Position numbers and translations under genes: made by a program. From Pseudomonas sp. UBA6562 (GTDB taxonomy: Bacteria > Pseudomonadota > Gammaproteobacteria > Pseudomonadales > Pseudomonadaceae), in contig NZ_DJJS01000007.1 in the NCBI RefSeq assembly GCF_002434265.1, positions 769,327 to 833,326 of the forward strand: a DNA stretch of 64,000 nt, given 5' to 3'. The notes under the pieces are model-generated. The model made no database searches, was not told the DNA's origin, and saw nothing but the letters and a program-made list of their open reading frames with translations. Positions within the stretch are counted from its first letter, which is position 1, and every line of letters begins with the position of its first letter. Shown here in pieces: positions 37,364 through 48,369 of the stretch.

Positions 37364-39277
37364 TCAAACCTTGAACCGCCCCGCCATCTCCTGCAGTTGC
37401 ACCCCGATCCGCGCCAGTTCCGCGCTGGAACTCGCCGTCTCCTCACTGGCCGCCGCCGTTTGATCGGAAATGTCGCGCACCTGGGTGACGCCACGGCTGA
37501 TCTGCTCGCCCGCCGCGCTCTGCTGCTCGGCCGCGCAAGCGATCTGCTCGTTCATGGCCTCGATGTCCTTGATCGAACCGGCGATGCGCTTGAGCATCTG
37601 TCCGACCTCCTGGGACAGGCCGACACTGTCGTCGGTCAGTTGCACGTTCTGCTCGAGTACATTGCCCATATGGTCGGTGCTCTGGTTGAGCGCGGCGATC
37701 AGTTGGGTGATCTCATCGGTAGAGCTGCGCGTGCGCTGCGCCAGCCCGCGCACTTCATCGGCCACCACGGCGAAACCGCGTCCCGCCTCGCCTGCGCGTG
37801 CCGCTTCGATGGCCGCATTGAGGGCCAGCAGGTTGGTCTGTTCCGACACCGACTTGATGACGTCGAGCACCCCACCGATGCTGTCGGCGTGGCTGCGCAA
37901 GGTCTGCATCACGGTTTGCGCCGCCGACATTTCCTCGGCCAGCCGCTCGATCTGCGCGACGGCCTTGTCCACCGCCTGATCGCCCTGACTCGCCTGCTGA
38001 CTGGCTTGCAGCGCGGAGGCGGCGGCCTGACCGGCGTTGCGCGCCACTTCATGGGTGGTGGCGGTCATTTGCTGCATGGCCGTGGCGATCTGCTCGGTTT
38101 CGCTCTTCTGCGCCTGCACGCCCGCGCTGGTCTGCTCGGTCACGGCCGAGAGCTGCTCGGCGGCGCTGGCGACCTGCACCACGCCGTCGCGCAGCTCGCT
38201 GACCAGGCCGTGCAGGTTGAGGGTCATGCGCTGCATGCTCGACTGCAAAGCGCCGAGCTCGTCGGTGCGAGTAACGGTCTGGCGGTGGGTGAAGTCGCCA
38301 CGGGCGACGGTTTCGGCGATTTCTACGGTTTCCTTCAAAGGCGTCACGATCGAACGGGTGATCAGCCACGCGGCCGCGCCGCCTAGAACGATGGCGACGG
38401 CCAGCCAGAGCAGCAAGGTGCGCTGTGCGTCGCGCACATCGGCCTGCTGGAACTCGACCTGGATGGCGGTGAGCTTGTCGGTCAGTGCCAGCAGTTCGGC
38501 GATGGTCTTGCTGATGCCCGACTGACCGGCATCGACCCGACCCTGGGCTTGCACGGTCTGCTGGATGCGCTGCTGGTAGGCGGTCACTTCCTCGATCATC
38601 GTCTGCACATAGGACTGCGGCAGCGAGCTACTGGCGAGTTCACGGGTCTGGCTGAGCATTTCGGTCACCGCCTCGATGGCCGCCGCTTCCAGCGCCGGGC
38701 TGGGCGTGGCGGCATAGGTGCGGAAACTGATGCGCATCCGCTGCAGGGTCAGTGCCAGGCTCCCCAACGACTGGCGGTCGTCATAGAGCCCGCCGTCGGC
38801 GTTGCCCACATCCCACAGCCGCTGCAGCGCCTCGTTCATGGTTTCCGCCGACGCGGTGGCATTGTTGCGTGCCTCCTCGCGTTCACGGGTAGCGGCCACC
38901 GACTGGTCGTAAAAGCCGCGATAGTTCTTCAGCAGCCCGCCCGCCTGGCCGATCAGCGCCTGACTCTGCGCCGTACGGAAGCGCGGGGCCATGCTTTGCA
39001 CTTGTGCGTTGGTCGCCTCCAGGGCGGCAAGCCACTTGGTCGCCTGCTCGTCGGAGGCATTGACGAAATACACCAGCCGCTCGATGCGCATGTCCCGGGC
39101 CAGGGTGCTCAACTTGGCGACCTCCTGCATGCGCGTATTGCGCTCGGCCAGGATCTGGCCGGTCTGCCAACCGGTATAGGCGACCAGCACGATCAGCGCG
39201 ACCAGCAGGGAGAAGCCGAGTGCGAGCTTGATGCGCACGCTGAGATTGTTGAAGGCGTCGAGGCGGGATGATGGCAT
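37364..39277 (-). CDS. Transmembrane methyl-accepting chemotaxis protein (helical periplasmic sensor, HAMP, MCP signalling domain)
   Basis: 637 aa with two TM segments and a HAMP domain. Conserved core [36 protein letters not shown]. Start set at ATG 39277. Confidence 0.9.
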   Translation of the reverse strand: MPSSRLDAFNNLSVRIKLALGFSLLVALIVLVAYTGWQTGQILAERNTRMQEVAKLSTLARDMRIERLVYFVNASDEQATKWLAALEATNAQVQSMAPRFRTAQSQALIGQAGGLLKNYRGFYDQSVAATREREEARNNATASAETMNEALQRLWDVGNADGGLYDDRQSLGSLALTLQRMRISFRTYAATPSPALEAAAIEAVTEMLSQTRELASSSLPQSYVQTMIEEVTAYQQRIQQTVQAQGRVDAGQSGISKTIAELLALTDKLTAIQVEFQQADVRDAQRTLLLWLAVAIVLGGAAAWLITRSIVTPLKETVEIAETVARGDFTHRQTVTRTDELGALQSSMQRMTLNLHGLVSELRDGVVQVASAAEQLSAVTEQTSAGVQAQKSETEQIATAMQQMTATTHEVARNAGQAAASALQASQQASQGDQAVDKAVAQIERLAEEMSAAQTVMQTLRSHADSIGGVLDVIKSVSEQTNLLALNAAIEAARAGEAGRGFAVVADEVRGLAQRTRSSTDEITQLIAALNQSTDHMGNVLEQNVQLTDDSVGLSQEVGQMLKRIAGSIKDIEAMNEQIACAAEQQSAAGEQISRGVTQVRDISDQTAAASEETASSSAELARIGVQLQEMAGRFKV

Positions 39278-39392
39278 CGGAGAAGACTCGAGAGAGTGAG
39301 GAAGCGCCGGCATGGGGTCTATGGCATACAGAAGCATCGGCTCGAAACGTCTTTCCTTGATGGCGGAATGCGAAATTGAAGGCGGTCAGGCA

Positions 39393-39752
39393 CTACTGCG
39401 CGTCACCGGCCTGGCCGCGGACTGCCTGAAGCCGCATTACTTCATAAGCGAGCGCGTCGCAGGCCGGTCGCGTCAACGTGCCCTGTTGCTGGATTTCGAT
39501 GGCGGCTTGTTGGCGCTCCTTCTGCAATCTGGACGGGTCGTAGTCGAACTCGGCCATCCGCTCCTTGAGCATCCGGCTGCTCGCGGCGGCCAGATCGGCA
39601 TCCATCATCCCCGCAGCCGCGCACTGCTCGCTGAGCGTCGAGGACAGGGCTATCGCCCGGTACTGGGCAGCCTGCATGACAGGTTTTTCGGGCTGGGCAG
39701 CGCAGCCCGACAATACGACGGCGGCGACGAGCGCGCAGATGGAGCGTTTCAT
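39393..39752 (-). CDS. Lipoprotein, hypothetical
   Basis: MKRSICALVAAVVLSGC lipobox. 119 aa. Confidence 0.65.
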   Translation of the reverse strand: MKRSICALVAAVVLSGCAAQPEKPVMQAAQYRAIALSSTLSEQCAAAGMMDADLAAASSRMLKERMAEFDYDPSRLQKERQQAAIEIQQQGTLTRPACDALAYEVMRLQAVRGQAGDAQ

Positions 39753-40103
39753 TGGATCACCTCGTGCGATGGAGAAAGGTCGTGGGGTGCGCAGCGGGTG
39801 CGGATGGCCTCAAGAGCCAGCCCGGCCGCCGTTTCGAGATGCCGGGCGAGCACCCGCGCTTCGTCATGATGGCGGCGAGGGTCGTCTTTCACCAACCCCT
39901 ACACCGTTTTAAACGTTTTGCAGCACCTGAGCCTTGATGGGATTATGCGCCACGGGCCAGGTTTGCCAGTCGACGGTGCAGACTATGCCTGACGCCCCGG
40001 CCGGTTGCGCAGTTGCTTGTACAAAGGTGCAAGCGACAGAGACAGCCGACCGCTCCCTGATGACGTGGCTCACTCCGCTACACCGTCAACGATCACTTCG
40101 TCC

Positions 40104-40535
40104 TCAAAGCTTCATACCCACCGCTAACCGATTAAAGGCATTCATCAACGCCGCTGCAAAAGTCAGGTCGGAAATCTCGGCGTCGGAGAAGTATGCTTTC
40201 AAAGGCTCGTATAACTCGTCTGGCGCCCCCTTCTCGCTGACGTACGTGAGCGCCTCGACCCATGCCAGGGCGGCCCGCTCGCGCTCATTGAACAGTTCGC
40301 TGATCCGCCAGCCTGCAAGGCAATCCAGCTTCTCTTGCGGCACTTCACATTCGCGCAGGGTCTGCGAATGCTTGCCCAGGCAAAAAGCGCAGCCGTTGAT
40401 CTGTGAGATACGCAAATACACCAGTTCGAGCAGCGGCAAGCCTAGCGGGCTCGTGGCCAGCGCCGTATTGGTGGCGAGCAGGCCTTGATAGGCCGCAGGA
40501 GAAAGGGAAGCAAACGGCAGTCTGAGTTGACTCAT
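40104..40535 (-). CDS. Carboxymuconolactone decarboxylase / AhpD-like family protein
   Basis: 143 aa with the AhpD-core CxxC context ISQINGCAFCLGKH. Confidence 0.8.
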   Translation of the reverse strand: MSQLRLPFASLSPAAYQGLLATNTALATSPLGLPLLELVYLRISQINGCAFCLGKHSQTLRECEVPQEKLDCLAGWRISELFNERERAALAWVEALTYVSEKGAPDELYEPLKAYFSDAEISDLTFAAALMNAFNRLAVGMKL

Positions 40536-40561
40536 GGTGAAAGTCCTCTATAGAAAAAATA

Positions 40562-41182
40562 TCAGATACAAACGAGGTTGTTGAACAGCGGTTCCAGTGA
40601 CAGCACGCTCCGGGCATCCTCGACCGTTGCGCGGACAGCCTCTTCACCGAACACCAGCCCTTGGAGGTACGTGAACTGCAGTTCGAATAGACCGAGGGTG
40701 TTGAGCGCCTGGCACAGGTAGGGCGTTAGAAAGTCCGGTTGGCGTGCCCGCGCGCCCTGGTGAAAGCCGCCGGAACCCACCAATACGTACACAGGGCGGT
40801 CATTCAGCAGGCCGGTCTTACCCTGCGAATGCGAACTGAATGTCCGGTGAATACGCAGGACGTAGTCGATCCAGAGCTTGAGTGCGGCGGGCAGTGTGAA
40901 GTTGTGCAGGGGGGTGGCAATGAGTAGAAGATCGCTGCGTTCCAACTCGCCGATCAGCACTTCGGAAACCTCGAACGCCGGCGAGTCGAATGGCGTCGCA
41001 GTGGTCAGGGCATGGGCGTAGCTCATATCGAGCGGTGGCAACGGATGCGCGCACAGGTCACGCTCAACCAGTTCAAGCCTTGGATACCGGTACCGCAAGG
41101 ACGTCACTAGCTCCAGTGCCAACTGGTTCGCATGGGAATCCTGTCCATTGGGGCTGGCGTTGATCAACAGGACGTTGTTCAT
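40562..41182 (-). CDS. azoR: FMN-dependent NADH-azoreductase
   Basis: 206 aa. N-terminus MNNVLLINASPNGQDSHANQL and flavodoxin-like fold pattern typical of AzoR/AcpD. Confidence 0.8.
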   Translation of the reverse strand: MNNVLLINASPNGQDSHANQLALELVTSLRYRYPRLELVERDLCAHPLPPLDMSYAHALTTATPFDSPAFEVSEVLIGELERSDLLLIATPLHNFTLPAALKLWIDYVLRIHRTFSSHSQGKTGLLNDRPVYVLVGSGGFHQGARARQPDFLTPYLCQALNTLGLFELQFTYLQGLVFGEEAVRATVEDARSVLSLEPLFNNLVCI

Positions 41183-41625
41183 ACCCGGCTTTCTGCTCGA
41201 AGGCCCTGGGTGAAATGCATGCCACGGGCCAGCAGCCCCTGGCGAAAATAGAAGCGCTGGGCCAATGGCATATGCAATCCGGTATCCAGCACAAAGTGAT
41301 CACACCCCTCTTGCACGGCTTCGTCGCGAACAGCGGTCAACAGCCGCGCCCCCAAACCGCTGCCCTGAAGGTCAGGAGCCACCACCAGGTCGTCGACGTA
41401 CACGAAACGCCCGTAGAGCAGGTTTTCCAGTTTGCGATAACCAACCAGGCCGACGATGCGCTCACGGCCCCACACCGCCAGTAGACGGTAGCCCTGCTCG
41501 GTCTGCCGAACCAGCTGCGCCACGTAGCTGGCCGGGTCGGTGAGATGCGGCCGCAAGACGCGCATCAAGTCGAAACTGGCCTGAAAGGCCCCTTCGCTCT
41601 CGAGGTGTTGAAATGTGTAAGGCAT
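41179..41625 (-). CDS. GNAT family N-acetyltransferase
   Basis: 148 aa. Acetyl-CoA motif A VVAPDLQGSGLGARLL. 4-nt overlap with azoR. Confidence 0.8.
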   Translation of the reverse strand: MPYTFQHLESEGAFQASFDLMRVLRPHLTDPASYVAQLVRQTEQGYRLLAVWGRERIVGLVGYRKLENLLYGRFVYVDDLVVAPDLQGSGLGARLLTAVRDEAVQEGCDHFVLDTGLHMPLAQRFYFRQGLLARGMHFTQGLRAESRV

Positions 41626-41712
41626 GCCCGTCGTCCGTTGGAGAGAGATGGCCTACTTTAGAGTCGTAATGGCTTAAGCTACAGGTCCAAAAAATGCATA
41701 AATGACTAGGCC

Positions 41713-43113
41713 ATGATCGTTCCCTTCGAGTTGGACCCCAGCCAGCCTGTGCCGATCTATCGCCAGATTTATCAGCGGTTTTGTGAATGCATTGCTGACG
41801 GCCGCCTGCGCCCGGGGGATCGAGTACCTGCCGTTCGCGCGTTAGCGGCGGAGCTGAACCTGGCGCGCGGCACAGTGGATGCGGCCTACCAGTTACTGAT
41901 TGGCGAGGGCTACCTAATTGCCCGCGGGGCGGCCGGGACCGTCGTCACACCACAACTGGCGCCTGTTGCCTCGCCCACGCATCGTGCCCCCGTTGCTTCG
42001 ACGACGCATCAAGCCGCCCATTGCGGGGCGCTGCCGCTAGCACTGCAGATAGGGCTTCCCGCGCTGGATGCTTTCCCCCGCAAGCTCTGGACAAGACTGG
42101 CGGGCCGTCAACTGCGACAGGCCGGCCTCGAAGGCCTTGTCTACCCGGACTCGCGAGGCTATGCACCGCTGCGCTCGGCTATCGCGTCGTACCTGGGGAT
42201 CTCGAGAGGTATCACCTGCCACCCGGATCAGGTTTTCGTGTGCGCCGGCTATCGCGCCTGCCTCGACCTGATCAGCCACACGTTGATGCGCCAAGGCGAT
42301 ACGTGCTGGCTGGAGGAGCCCGGCTACTTCATGGCCAGGAACGCCTTGCTGGAAGCGGGCGCGCAATTAGTGCCGGTTCCAGTGGATGACCAGGGCCTGA
42401 ACGTCGCGCAAGGCATCGCCCGAGCGCCGGATGCCGGCTTCGCAGTGGTCACTCCGACCCACCAAAGTCCACTGGGCGTGTCGTTATCACTGCCGCGGCG
42501 ATTTGCGTTGCTGGACTGGGCCAACCGCCAAGGCAGCTGGATCATCGAGGACGATTACGACAGTGAATATCGCTATCAAGGCAAGCCCTTGCCAGCCCTC
42601 AAGAGCCTCGATCAGCAGGGCCGCGTGCTTTATACCGGGACCTTCAGCAAAGTACTGTTTCCAGGCCTGCGCTTGGCTTATCTGGTTGTGCCAGCCGAAC
42701 AGAACCAAGCGTTCGCCCGTCAGGCGGATCGTCTGCACAACCACTGCCCACATCTACTTCAAGCGACCGTCGCCGCTTTTCTCAACGAGGGTCACTTCGC
42801 TCGGCATTTAAAGAAAATGCGGACCCTCTACGCGCGCCGCCGTCAATGGCTTGTCGATGCACTGCACCAACAATTCGGCGACCGTCTGCAGATCAGCGCT
42901 CAGGTCGGTGGCATGCATCTGGTCGTGGGTCTTTGCGAGGGTAATGATATCGAGCTCGCTCAGCGTGCCCGGGCCGCTGGCATCGCTGTCGAACCGCTAT
43001 CGCGTTGGTACTTGGAAGCCAAGCCTAGACACGGTCTGGTGCTTGGCTTCACAAACATCACCTGCGTCGAACAGGCGTCGATTGCGGCACTTCGATTGGC
43101 TGAAATCATGTAG
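41713..43113 (+). CDS. MocR/PdxR-type regulator (GntR HTH plus aminotransferase-like domain)
   Basis: HTH (VPAVRALAAELNLARGTVDAAYQLLIGEG) plus fold-type I domain (YTGTFSKVLFPGLRLAY). Divergent from the GNAT-azoR-ahpD string. Confidence 0.85.
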   Translation: MIVPFELDPSQPVPIYRQIYQRFCECIADGRLRPGDRVPAVRALAAELNLARGTVDAAYQLLIGEGYLIARGAAGTVVTPQLAPVASPTHRAPVASTTHQAAHCGALPLALQIGLPALDAFPRKLWTRLAGRQLRQAGLEGLVYPDSRGYAPLRSAIASYLGISRGITCHPDQVFVCAGYRACLDLISHTLMRQGDTCWLEEPGYFMARNALLEAGAQLVPVPVDDQGLNVAQGIARAPDAGFAVVTPTHQSPLGVSLSLPRRFALLDWANRQGSWIIEDDYDSEYRYQGKPLPALKSLDQQGRVLYTGTFSKVLFPGLRLAYLVVPAEQNQAFARQADRLHNHCPHLLQATVAAFLNEGHFARHLKKMRTLYARRRQWLVDALHQQFGDRLQISAQVGGMHLVVGLCEGNDIELAQRARAAGIAVEPLSRWYLEAKPRHGLVLGFTNITCVEQASIAALRLAEIM

Positions 43114-43181
43114 TTGGACGGGGGTACCGGAGAAGTCTCTGTCTTTGTCTCCGGTTCCAGCCAGCCAGATCGCTCGAACGC

Positions 43182-44456
43182 TCATCCACGGATCGTCCAT
43201 AGCTGATCCAGCCGAGTGGTGTACGCCTGGCTGATCATGTCGCGCCTCATCGCCCACTCCGGCGACGCCGGCACGCTAGCCGCCCGCACCGTTCCCCTCC
43301 CCCAACGGCTGTTGATCGTGTCCACCACCTGCATCAATCGATCGCATTCGACGGGCTGGGCAGGCGTGAACAAATCCCCGGAATACTCGCCTGCCTTGCG
43401 CAGGTCCATGAGCAAGACCTCGGCTTTGCTGTAGCGATAGCCTTCGCGGAAAACCAGGCCCACCGCTTCGGTAGCCAGGCGGGTCAGCAGCAAGGTGTCA
43501 TTGGTGGGATAGGGCAATTCGACCAGCGCGCCCTGGGCATGGTGTGGCTCACCTACGCTGTGCATGCCCGTGCGGATGCTCACGCGCATGCGCTTGCACA
43601 TCGACCCTTGCGTCCGCAGTTTCTCGGCCGCCCGGGCGACGTAGGTGGCTACCGCCTGCTCGATGGGTGCCAATTCGCTCAGGCGCATGCCGAACATTCT
43701 GCTCGAACATATCTCCTGCTTGTCAGGCTCGGTTTCGTCCAACTCCAGGCAGGAAACACCGTTCAGCTCCCGCGCTGTCTTTTCCACCACGACGCTGAAC
43801 TTCTCCCGCAGCGTTCTTGCGTCCGCGTTGGCCAGGTCCATTGCCGTCCGTATACCCATCTCTGCCAAGTGGCCAGTCATGCGCCGGCCAATCCCCCACA
43901 CTTCGCTCACTTGGGTATTGCGCAGCACCCAGTCGCGCTTGAAGGGATCGCAGATGTCGACCACGCCGCCCGTCTGCGTCAACAGCCGCTTGGCGGTGTG
44001 GTTGGCAAGTTTGGCCAAGGTCTTGGTGGCCGCAATGCCCACGCCCACCGGAAGTCCGGTGTACAGGTAAATGCGGCTGCGAATAGTTCGGCCCAAGTCG
44101 GTCAAGTTTTCGCGGATTCCGGTGAGATCGGCAAAGCACTCGTCGATGCTATAGATCTCGACCTCCGGCACCATGCCTTCGATGATGCTCATGACGCGCT
44201 CACTCATGTCGCCGTACAACGCATAATTGCTGCTGAACGTCTTGACGCCATGCTGGCGTAATGTGTCCCTGACCTTGAAGTAAGGGTCGCCCATCTTCAC
44301 GAACGGCTTGGCGTCATATGACCGGGCGATGACACAACCGTCGTTGTTCGAAAGTACCACGATCGGCGTTTTGGCAAGGTCGGGTCTGAACACGCGCTCG
44401 CAACTCGCATAGAACGAGTTGCAGTCGATCAGCGCGAACACCTGCTCACTGCGCAT
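43182..44456 (-). CDS. umuC: Y-family translesion DNA polymerase V catalytic subunit
   Basis: 424 aa beginning [21 protein letters not shown], with [13 protein letters not shown]. Start set at ATG 44456. Confidence 0.9.
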   Translation of the reverse strand: MRSEQVFALIDCNSFYASCERVFRPDLAKTPIVVLSNNDGCVIARSYDAKPFVKMGDPYFKVRDTLRQHGVKTFSSNYALYGDMSERVMSIIEGMVPEVEIYSIDECFADLTGIRENLTDLGRTIRSRIYLYTGLPVGVGIAATKTLAKLANHTAKRLLTQTGGVVDICDPFKRDWVLRNTQVSEVWGIGRRMTGHLAEMGIRTAMDLANADARTLREKFSVVVEKTARELNGVSCLELDETEPDKQEICSSRMFGMRLSELAPIEQAVATYVARAAEKLRTQGSMCKRMRVSIRTGMHSVGEPHHAQGALVELPYPTNDTLLLTRLATEAVGLVFREGYRYSKAEVLLMDLRKAGEYSGDLFTPAQPVECDRLMQVVDTINSRWGRGTVRAASVPASPEWAMRRDMISQAYTTRLDQLWTIRG

Positions 44457-44874
44457 GGTCGCGCACGCTATACCGAACGACGCCCCAGATGGACAGCTCG
44501 TCGCCTTCCATGATGTAGCGCGGCGGGTAGGAACGGTTTTCCGATTTGAGTATGACCACCCCATTGCGACGGTGAAGTCGTTTACATACAGGTTCGCCGT
44601 TGATGGCGGCGATCACAATGTCGCCATGCTCGGCCTCACGTCCTCGGTCGACGATCACCAGGTCACCGGAGTAAATCCCCGCGCCCTGCATGCTGTCACC
44701 TTCGATCTTGGCCAAGTACACCTGAGGCGCACGGAGCTCGAACAACTCGTCTAGCGAGATATGCTGCTCGATGTGATCGGCTGCTGGCGAAGGGAAGCCC
44801 GCAGGGATGAGGAAGGCGTAAACCGGGTGACGTTCGGTGCCGTCGGTTGGCTTACCCAGGTAGGTGATTGACAT
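44446..44874 (-). CDS. umuD: LexA-like S24 peptidase, polymerase V accessory subunit
   Basis: 142 aa with Ser-Lys dyad context ([10 protein letters not shown] ... CKRL). 11-nt overlap with umuC. Confidence 0.9.
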   Translation of the reverse strand: MSITYLGKPTDGTERHPVYAFLIPAGFPSPAADHIEQHISLDELFELRAPQVYLAKIEGDSMQGAGIYSGDLVIVDRGREAEHGDIVIAAINGEPVCKRLHRRNGVVILKSENRSYPPRYIMEGDELSIWGVVRYSVRDHAQ

Positions 44875-44896
44875 GGTTGGAGGGCCTGAGGGTTAT

Positions 44897-44912
44897 CTGT
44901 ATGTATATACAG
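44897..44912. promoter_or_regulatory. LexA (SOS) box upstream of umuD
   Basis: CTGTATGTATATACAG fits CTG-N10-CAG. 23 nt upstream of the umuD start. Confidence 0.85.
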
Positions 44913-45343
44913 TTAATCCAGCCCCTGGTAATTGGTCAACGTGGATGAGCGTTTTTTCGGACAGGCGTGAGGCATTGCCGCTTTGGACATCGTTCGACCG
45001 ATACGGCAATAGAACATCATCTTCGCCTATTTGGTTGGCATCGGACCGTTAAGTAAGCGAGAAGTAGCGCACTTGAACATCGCCTTGTTTAACGCGGCAT
45101 CGAGTGAATAAACCGTGCTGTTTTCAATCGACGACAAGAATGGCCGCCCAGCTGGCTGGCTTGGGATCGTTCTTCATATTTGCAGGGTCCACTGTGCAGA
45201 TATGGCAAAATGATACCATTTAGGGCGTAACCGATGACCGAAGCATCAGTGACAGGACGGAGTGCTGACAATACCGCCCTACGCAGCCATACGAATTCGC
45301 ACATCCGGCGCACGACCGACGCCCACAACAGAGAAGGTTGCGA

Positions 45344-46474
45344 ATGGACCTGACCACGCTGCATTTCACCGATGCATTGGTGAATCTAACGTGCGGGCTC
45401 ATGTGCTTCGCTATCTGGGCAAGCAGGCCTGGCGATAGATGTTTTGCCTATTGGGGCCTCGGCGGCTCGTTGTATGGCCTTACCGCCTGCTGGCTGCCCT
45501 ACCTCCCGGACGGCAACATCGGTACGGGCCTTACCTATTCGGCGCTGCAGATCGCCAACATCATGTTCTGGGCAGGGTATCGGGTGTTCGACGGTGTGCT
45601 TGCCGTTCCTGGCTGGCTGCTGGGTTTGCCGACGATCCCTCTGCTGACCGCGCTCGCGTTCGGATATCCCTCCTATACATCGATCTTCGCCGAGCAGGCC
45701 ACGATCGTCGCTTACTGTGCGATTTCGCTAGCCCAAGTGGGGTACGTACTCAAAAAGTCCGATGCACTGTATTCCCCGCGGTCCATCTCTGCCTATGCGG
45801 TGATCGTCATCCTCCTGTCCGTCATGCTGACGGGCATCGCCTGGAATGACCAAACTCAGAATGACACTCATGCCACGTTGTTCATATTGACCGATCATGC
45901 AATGACCATCGTCTTCATGCTGGCCGTCATTGCGATGGTCGGTCAGCGCGACTTCAGGTCGCTGGTCAACGCTTCGCGCCGAGACCCGCTCACCCAGGCG
46001 CTCAATCGTTCGGGGCTCGACGATCTACTGTCGAAGATCGACACCGATGCCGCTCTGCTTCTGATAGATGTCGACCACTTTAAAATGATCAATGACCGTT
46101 TCGGCCATGCGGCCGGCGATGAAGTGTTGCGTGCACTGGTGAACCGTATCGCCAGCGTTTTGCCTATTGGCGACCACCTCGTGCGTTTGGGGGGCGAGGA
46201 GTTTCTAGTGATTTCGCAGCCGCCGGATACTTTGCAAGCCGCAGCGTTGGCTGAGCGCATCTGGGCCGCGGTTCGCAACGAGTCGTTCTCGTACGAAGAC
46301 GCCAAGATCGACTTTACCGTCAGCATCGGGTGCGCGTGGTTCGCGAGCGACGAACCGTTCAGGCAAGCGCTCAAAAGAGCCGACAGCGCGATGTACCGCG
46401 CCAAGCGGTCCGGACGTGACGTGATCGTTGAAGATTGGGAAAGCATTGCGTCGTCCGACCGATCGTGTGTCTAG
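45344..46474 (+). CDS. Membrane-anchored diguanylate cyclase (multi-TM N-domain plus GGDEF)
   Basis: Hydrophobic N-terminal half (about 6 TM). GGDEF domain with active-site GGEEF. No RxxD I-site five residues upstream. ATG 45344 preceded by GAGAAGG. Confidence 0.85.
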   Translation: MDLTTLHFTDALVNLTCGLMCFAIWASRPGDRCFAYWGLGGSLYGLTACWLPYLPDGNIGTGLTYSALQIANIMFWAGYRVFDGVLAVPGWLLGLPTIPLLTALAFGYPSYTSIFAEQATIVAYCAISLAQVGYVLKKSDALYSPRSISAYAVIVILLSVMLTGIAWNDQTQNDTHATLFILTDHAMTIVFMLAVIAMVGQRDFRSLVNASRRDPLTQALNRSGLDDLLSKIDTDAALLLIDVDHFKMINDRFGHAAGDEVLRALVNRIASVLPIGDHLVRLGGEEFLVISQPPDTLQAAALAERIWAAVRNESFSYEDAKIDFTVSIGCAWFASDEPFRQALKRADSAMYRAKRSGRDVIVEDWESIASSDRSCV

Positions 46475-46528
46475 ATGATGTTGCCTGGGCGGCGCGTGAC
46501 ATTGCCGAGCGCTTTTCAGGAGGTACCT

Positions 46529-46714
46529 ATGCCTGGGCCAAAGTCGGTCTGGACCATTGATCGCTTCATGAAAGCTCTGGTAGATGCCTGGGCATTGCAA
46601 CGTAGAAATGACATGGCGGGCACCATACCCATTTGCAGTACGACCACCGGAGCGCAGCCCGATCGAATTCGACGCTTGCGTCGACAATCGAACGCGGGAA
46701 CGGCTTTGTGCTAA
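46529..46714 (+). CDS. Small protein (61 aa), hypothetical
   Basis: ATG 46529 preceded by a strong AGGAGG. Sequence MPGPKSVWTIDRFMKALVDAWALQRRNDMAGTIPICS... Confidence 0.4.
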   Translation: MPGPKSVWTIDRFMKALVDAWALQRRNDMAGTIPICSTTTGAQPDRIRRLRRQSNAGTALC

Positions 46715-46745
46715 TTTCGACTGTCGTAAGATTTGAGGGTCACAC

Positions 46746-47087
46746 ATGGCAGGCAATATAAAAAGATTTGATGATTTCGCGCAGAGGATTTTGGCGGGTC
46801 TACACGAAGCATTCCCAGCAGCCCGTTACATAGGACCCAAGGAAGCCGGACTCAGTGATGAAGCGCCTGCCCTCAATACATCCGGGGGGCGATCCGCATC
46901 CGATGAATGGCATACATTGGACACAGAGCTCGCGGGCGTCCTTACCTGGCTTATGGAGCAAGGTCTGGTCCGTGACCGGCAGAACAAGTTCGGCGCAAGC
47001 CATATCTTGACCGCAAGAGGTTTTGAGGTATTACACCGGCTCGACCCCAAGTACGAGATTCCAGCGGTTGCGAGGCTGCTGGATTGA
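46746..47087 (+). CDS. Hypothetical protein (113 aa), possible C-terminal winged-helix
   Basis: ATG preceded by GAGGG. No motif recognised. The C-terminal GLVRDRQNKFGASHILTARGFEVL looks wHTH-like. Confidence 0.5.
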   Translation: MAGNIKRFDDFAQRILAGLHEAFPAARYIGPKEAGLSDEAPALNTSGGRSASDEWHTLDTELAGVLTWLMEQGLVRDRQNKFGASHILTARGFEVLHRLDPKYEIPAVARLLD

Positions 47088-47406
47088 AGAGTCGCAGGTT
47101 GTAATAGATGTGAAAGGCGTCGAACTTAAGGCAAGGCATCGCGCCGTTTCAAGTTGGACAGGCTGCTATAGACGCAGCCGGGCTGGTGTAAACGCCCTAC
47201 TCACTGGGTGAACGCATGACTCCCGGGCTCTGGCTCAGGGCTCGGCTATTGACGGAGCCATGGCTGGGTACCGGGCACCGTAACCCATGCCGGCCTTGTC
47301 AGCCGCCAAAGACCAATCCGTATCAGCGTCAGCAGTTGGATTGACTTGCAACCGCAAGCGCAGCCAAACGGTCAACGTATACATCTGCATTACCGGAGCC
47401 CATGCC

Positions 47407-48369
47407 ATGTTGAACCGTCAAACCGTTGGTGGCACAGACCAGGAGCTCGCGCACATGCGCCGACTCAACAAAGTCTTGGCTCGGCTGCCGCGCTTTCGCA
47501 TCCCGCATAAGCTTGTCCTGCGAAGCATTCAAGGGCTGCTCAAACTGAGCCAATTGCGCAACACCAAACTCGTTCGGCATGGGGTACGTGCCGAGTGCAA
47601 AACAGTCAGCGTAGAAGGCGCGACTGCTTCGGTACGCATCCTGCACCCCAAGGATGCGCCAAAGGCCGTAGTGCTCGACATCCATGGTGGCGGCTGGGTG
47701 ATCGGTAGCCCGAGCATGAATGATGCCCTGAACCTGGGGCTTATGAATGCCTGCGACATGGCGGTGGTGTCTGTCGACTACCGTCTTGCGCCAGGTGCGT
47801 CCATTGAAGAGCAGATACAAGACTGCCTAATAGCTGCACGCTGGTTGCTCGATCCTTGCAACCCCACCTTCCGGGAGCTGCCGGTGATCATGGTGGGTGA
47901 GTCAGCCGGAGGGCACCTTGCCGCCGCCTGCTTGCTGGGCCTCAAGGCGTGGCCCGAGCTGCTGCGACGCATCCAGGGTGCGGTGCTCTACTACGGAGTG
48001 TACGACCTCGCCGGCACCCCAAGCGTGCACGCTGCAGGTCCCGATACTTTGGTGTTGGATGGGCCAGGGATGGTAGATGCGCTGCGTCGATTGACCCCAG
48101 GGCTGAGCGATGAGCAACGTCGGGCGCCGCCCCTGTCGCCGCTGTATGCGGATCTAGACGGCCTGCCACCCGCATTACTGGTCGTTGGGGAACGCGACCC
48201 TTTGCTGGACGACACGCTACAGATGGCGACGTGCTGGGGCGAGGTGACGGCGGTCGACCTATGGATGGTGCGGGAGGCACCGCACGGCTTCGTGCACTTT
48301 GGGGTAGGTCAGACGGTTATCGAGGGGGTGTGGCGGTGGGTGCTGTCCAGGCAAAAAGACTGCCGTTGA
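47407..48369 (+). CDS. Alpha/beta hydrolase, hormone-sensitive-lipase-type esterase (Abhydrolase_3)
   Basis: HGGGW oxyanion motif (DIHGGGWVIGS), nucleophile elbow GESAGG, and C-terminal DPLLDD / HGF. Start at ATG 47407. Confidence 0.8.
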   Translation: MLNRQTVGGTDQELAHMRRLNKVLARLPRFRIPHKLVLRSIQGLLKLSQLRNTKLVRHGVRAECKTVSVEGATASVRILHPKDAPKAVVLDIHGGGWVIGSPSMNDALNLGLMNACDMAVVSVDYRLAPGASIEEQIQDCLIAARWLLDPCNPTFRELPVIMVGESAGGHLAAACLLGLKAWPELLRRIQGAVLYYGVYDLAGTPSVHAAGPDTLVLDGPGMVDALRRLTPGLSDEQRRAPPLSPLYADLDGLPPALLVVGERDPLLDDTLQMATCWGEVTAVDLWMVREAPHGFVHFGVGQTVIEGVWRWVLSRQKDCR

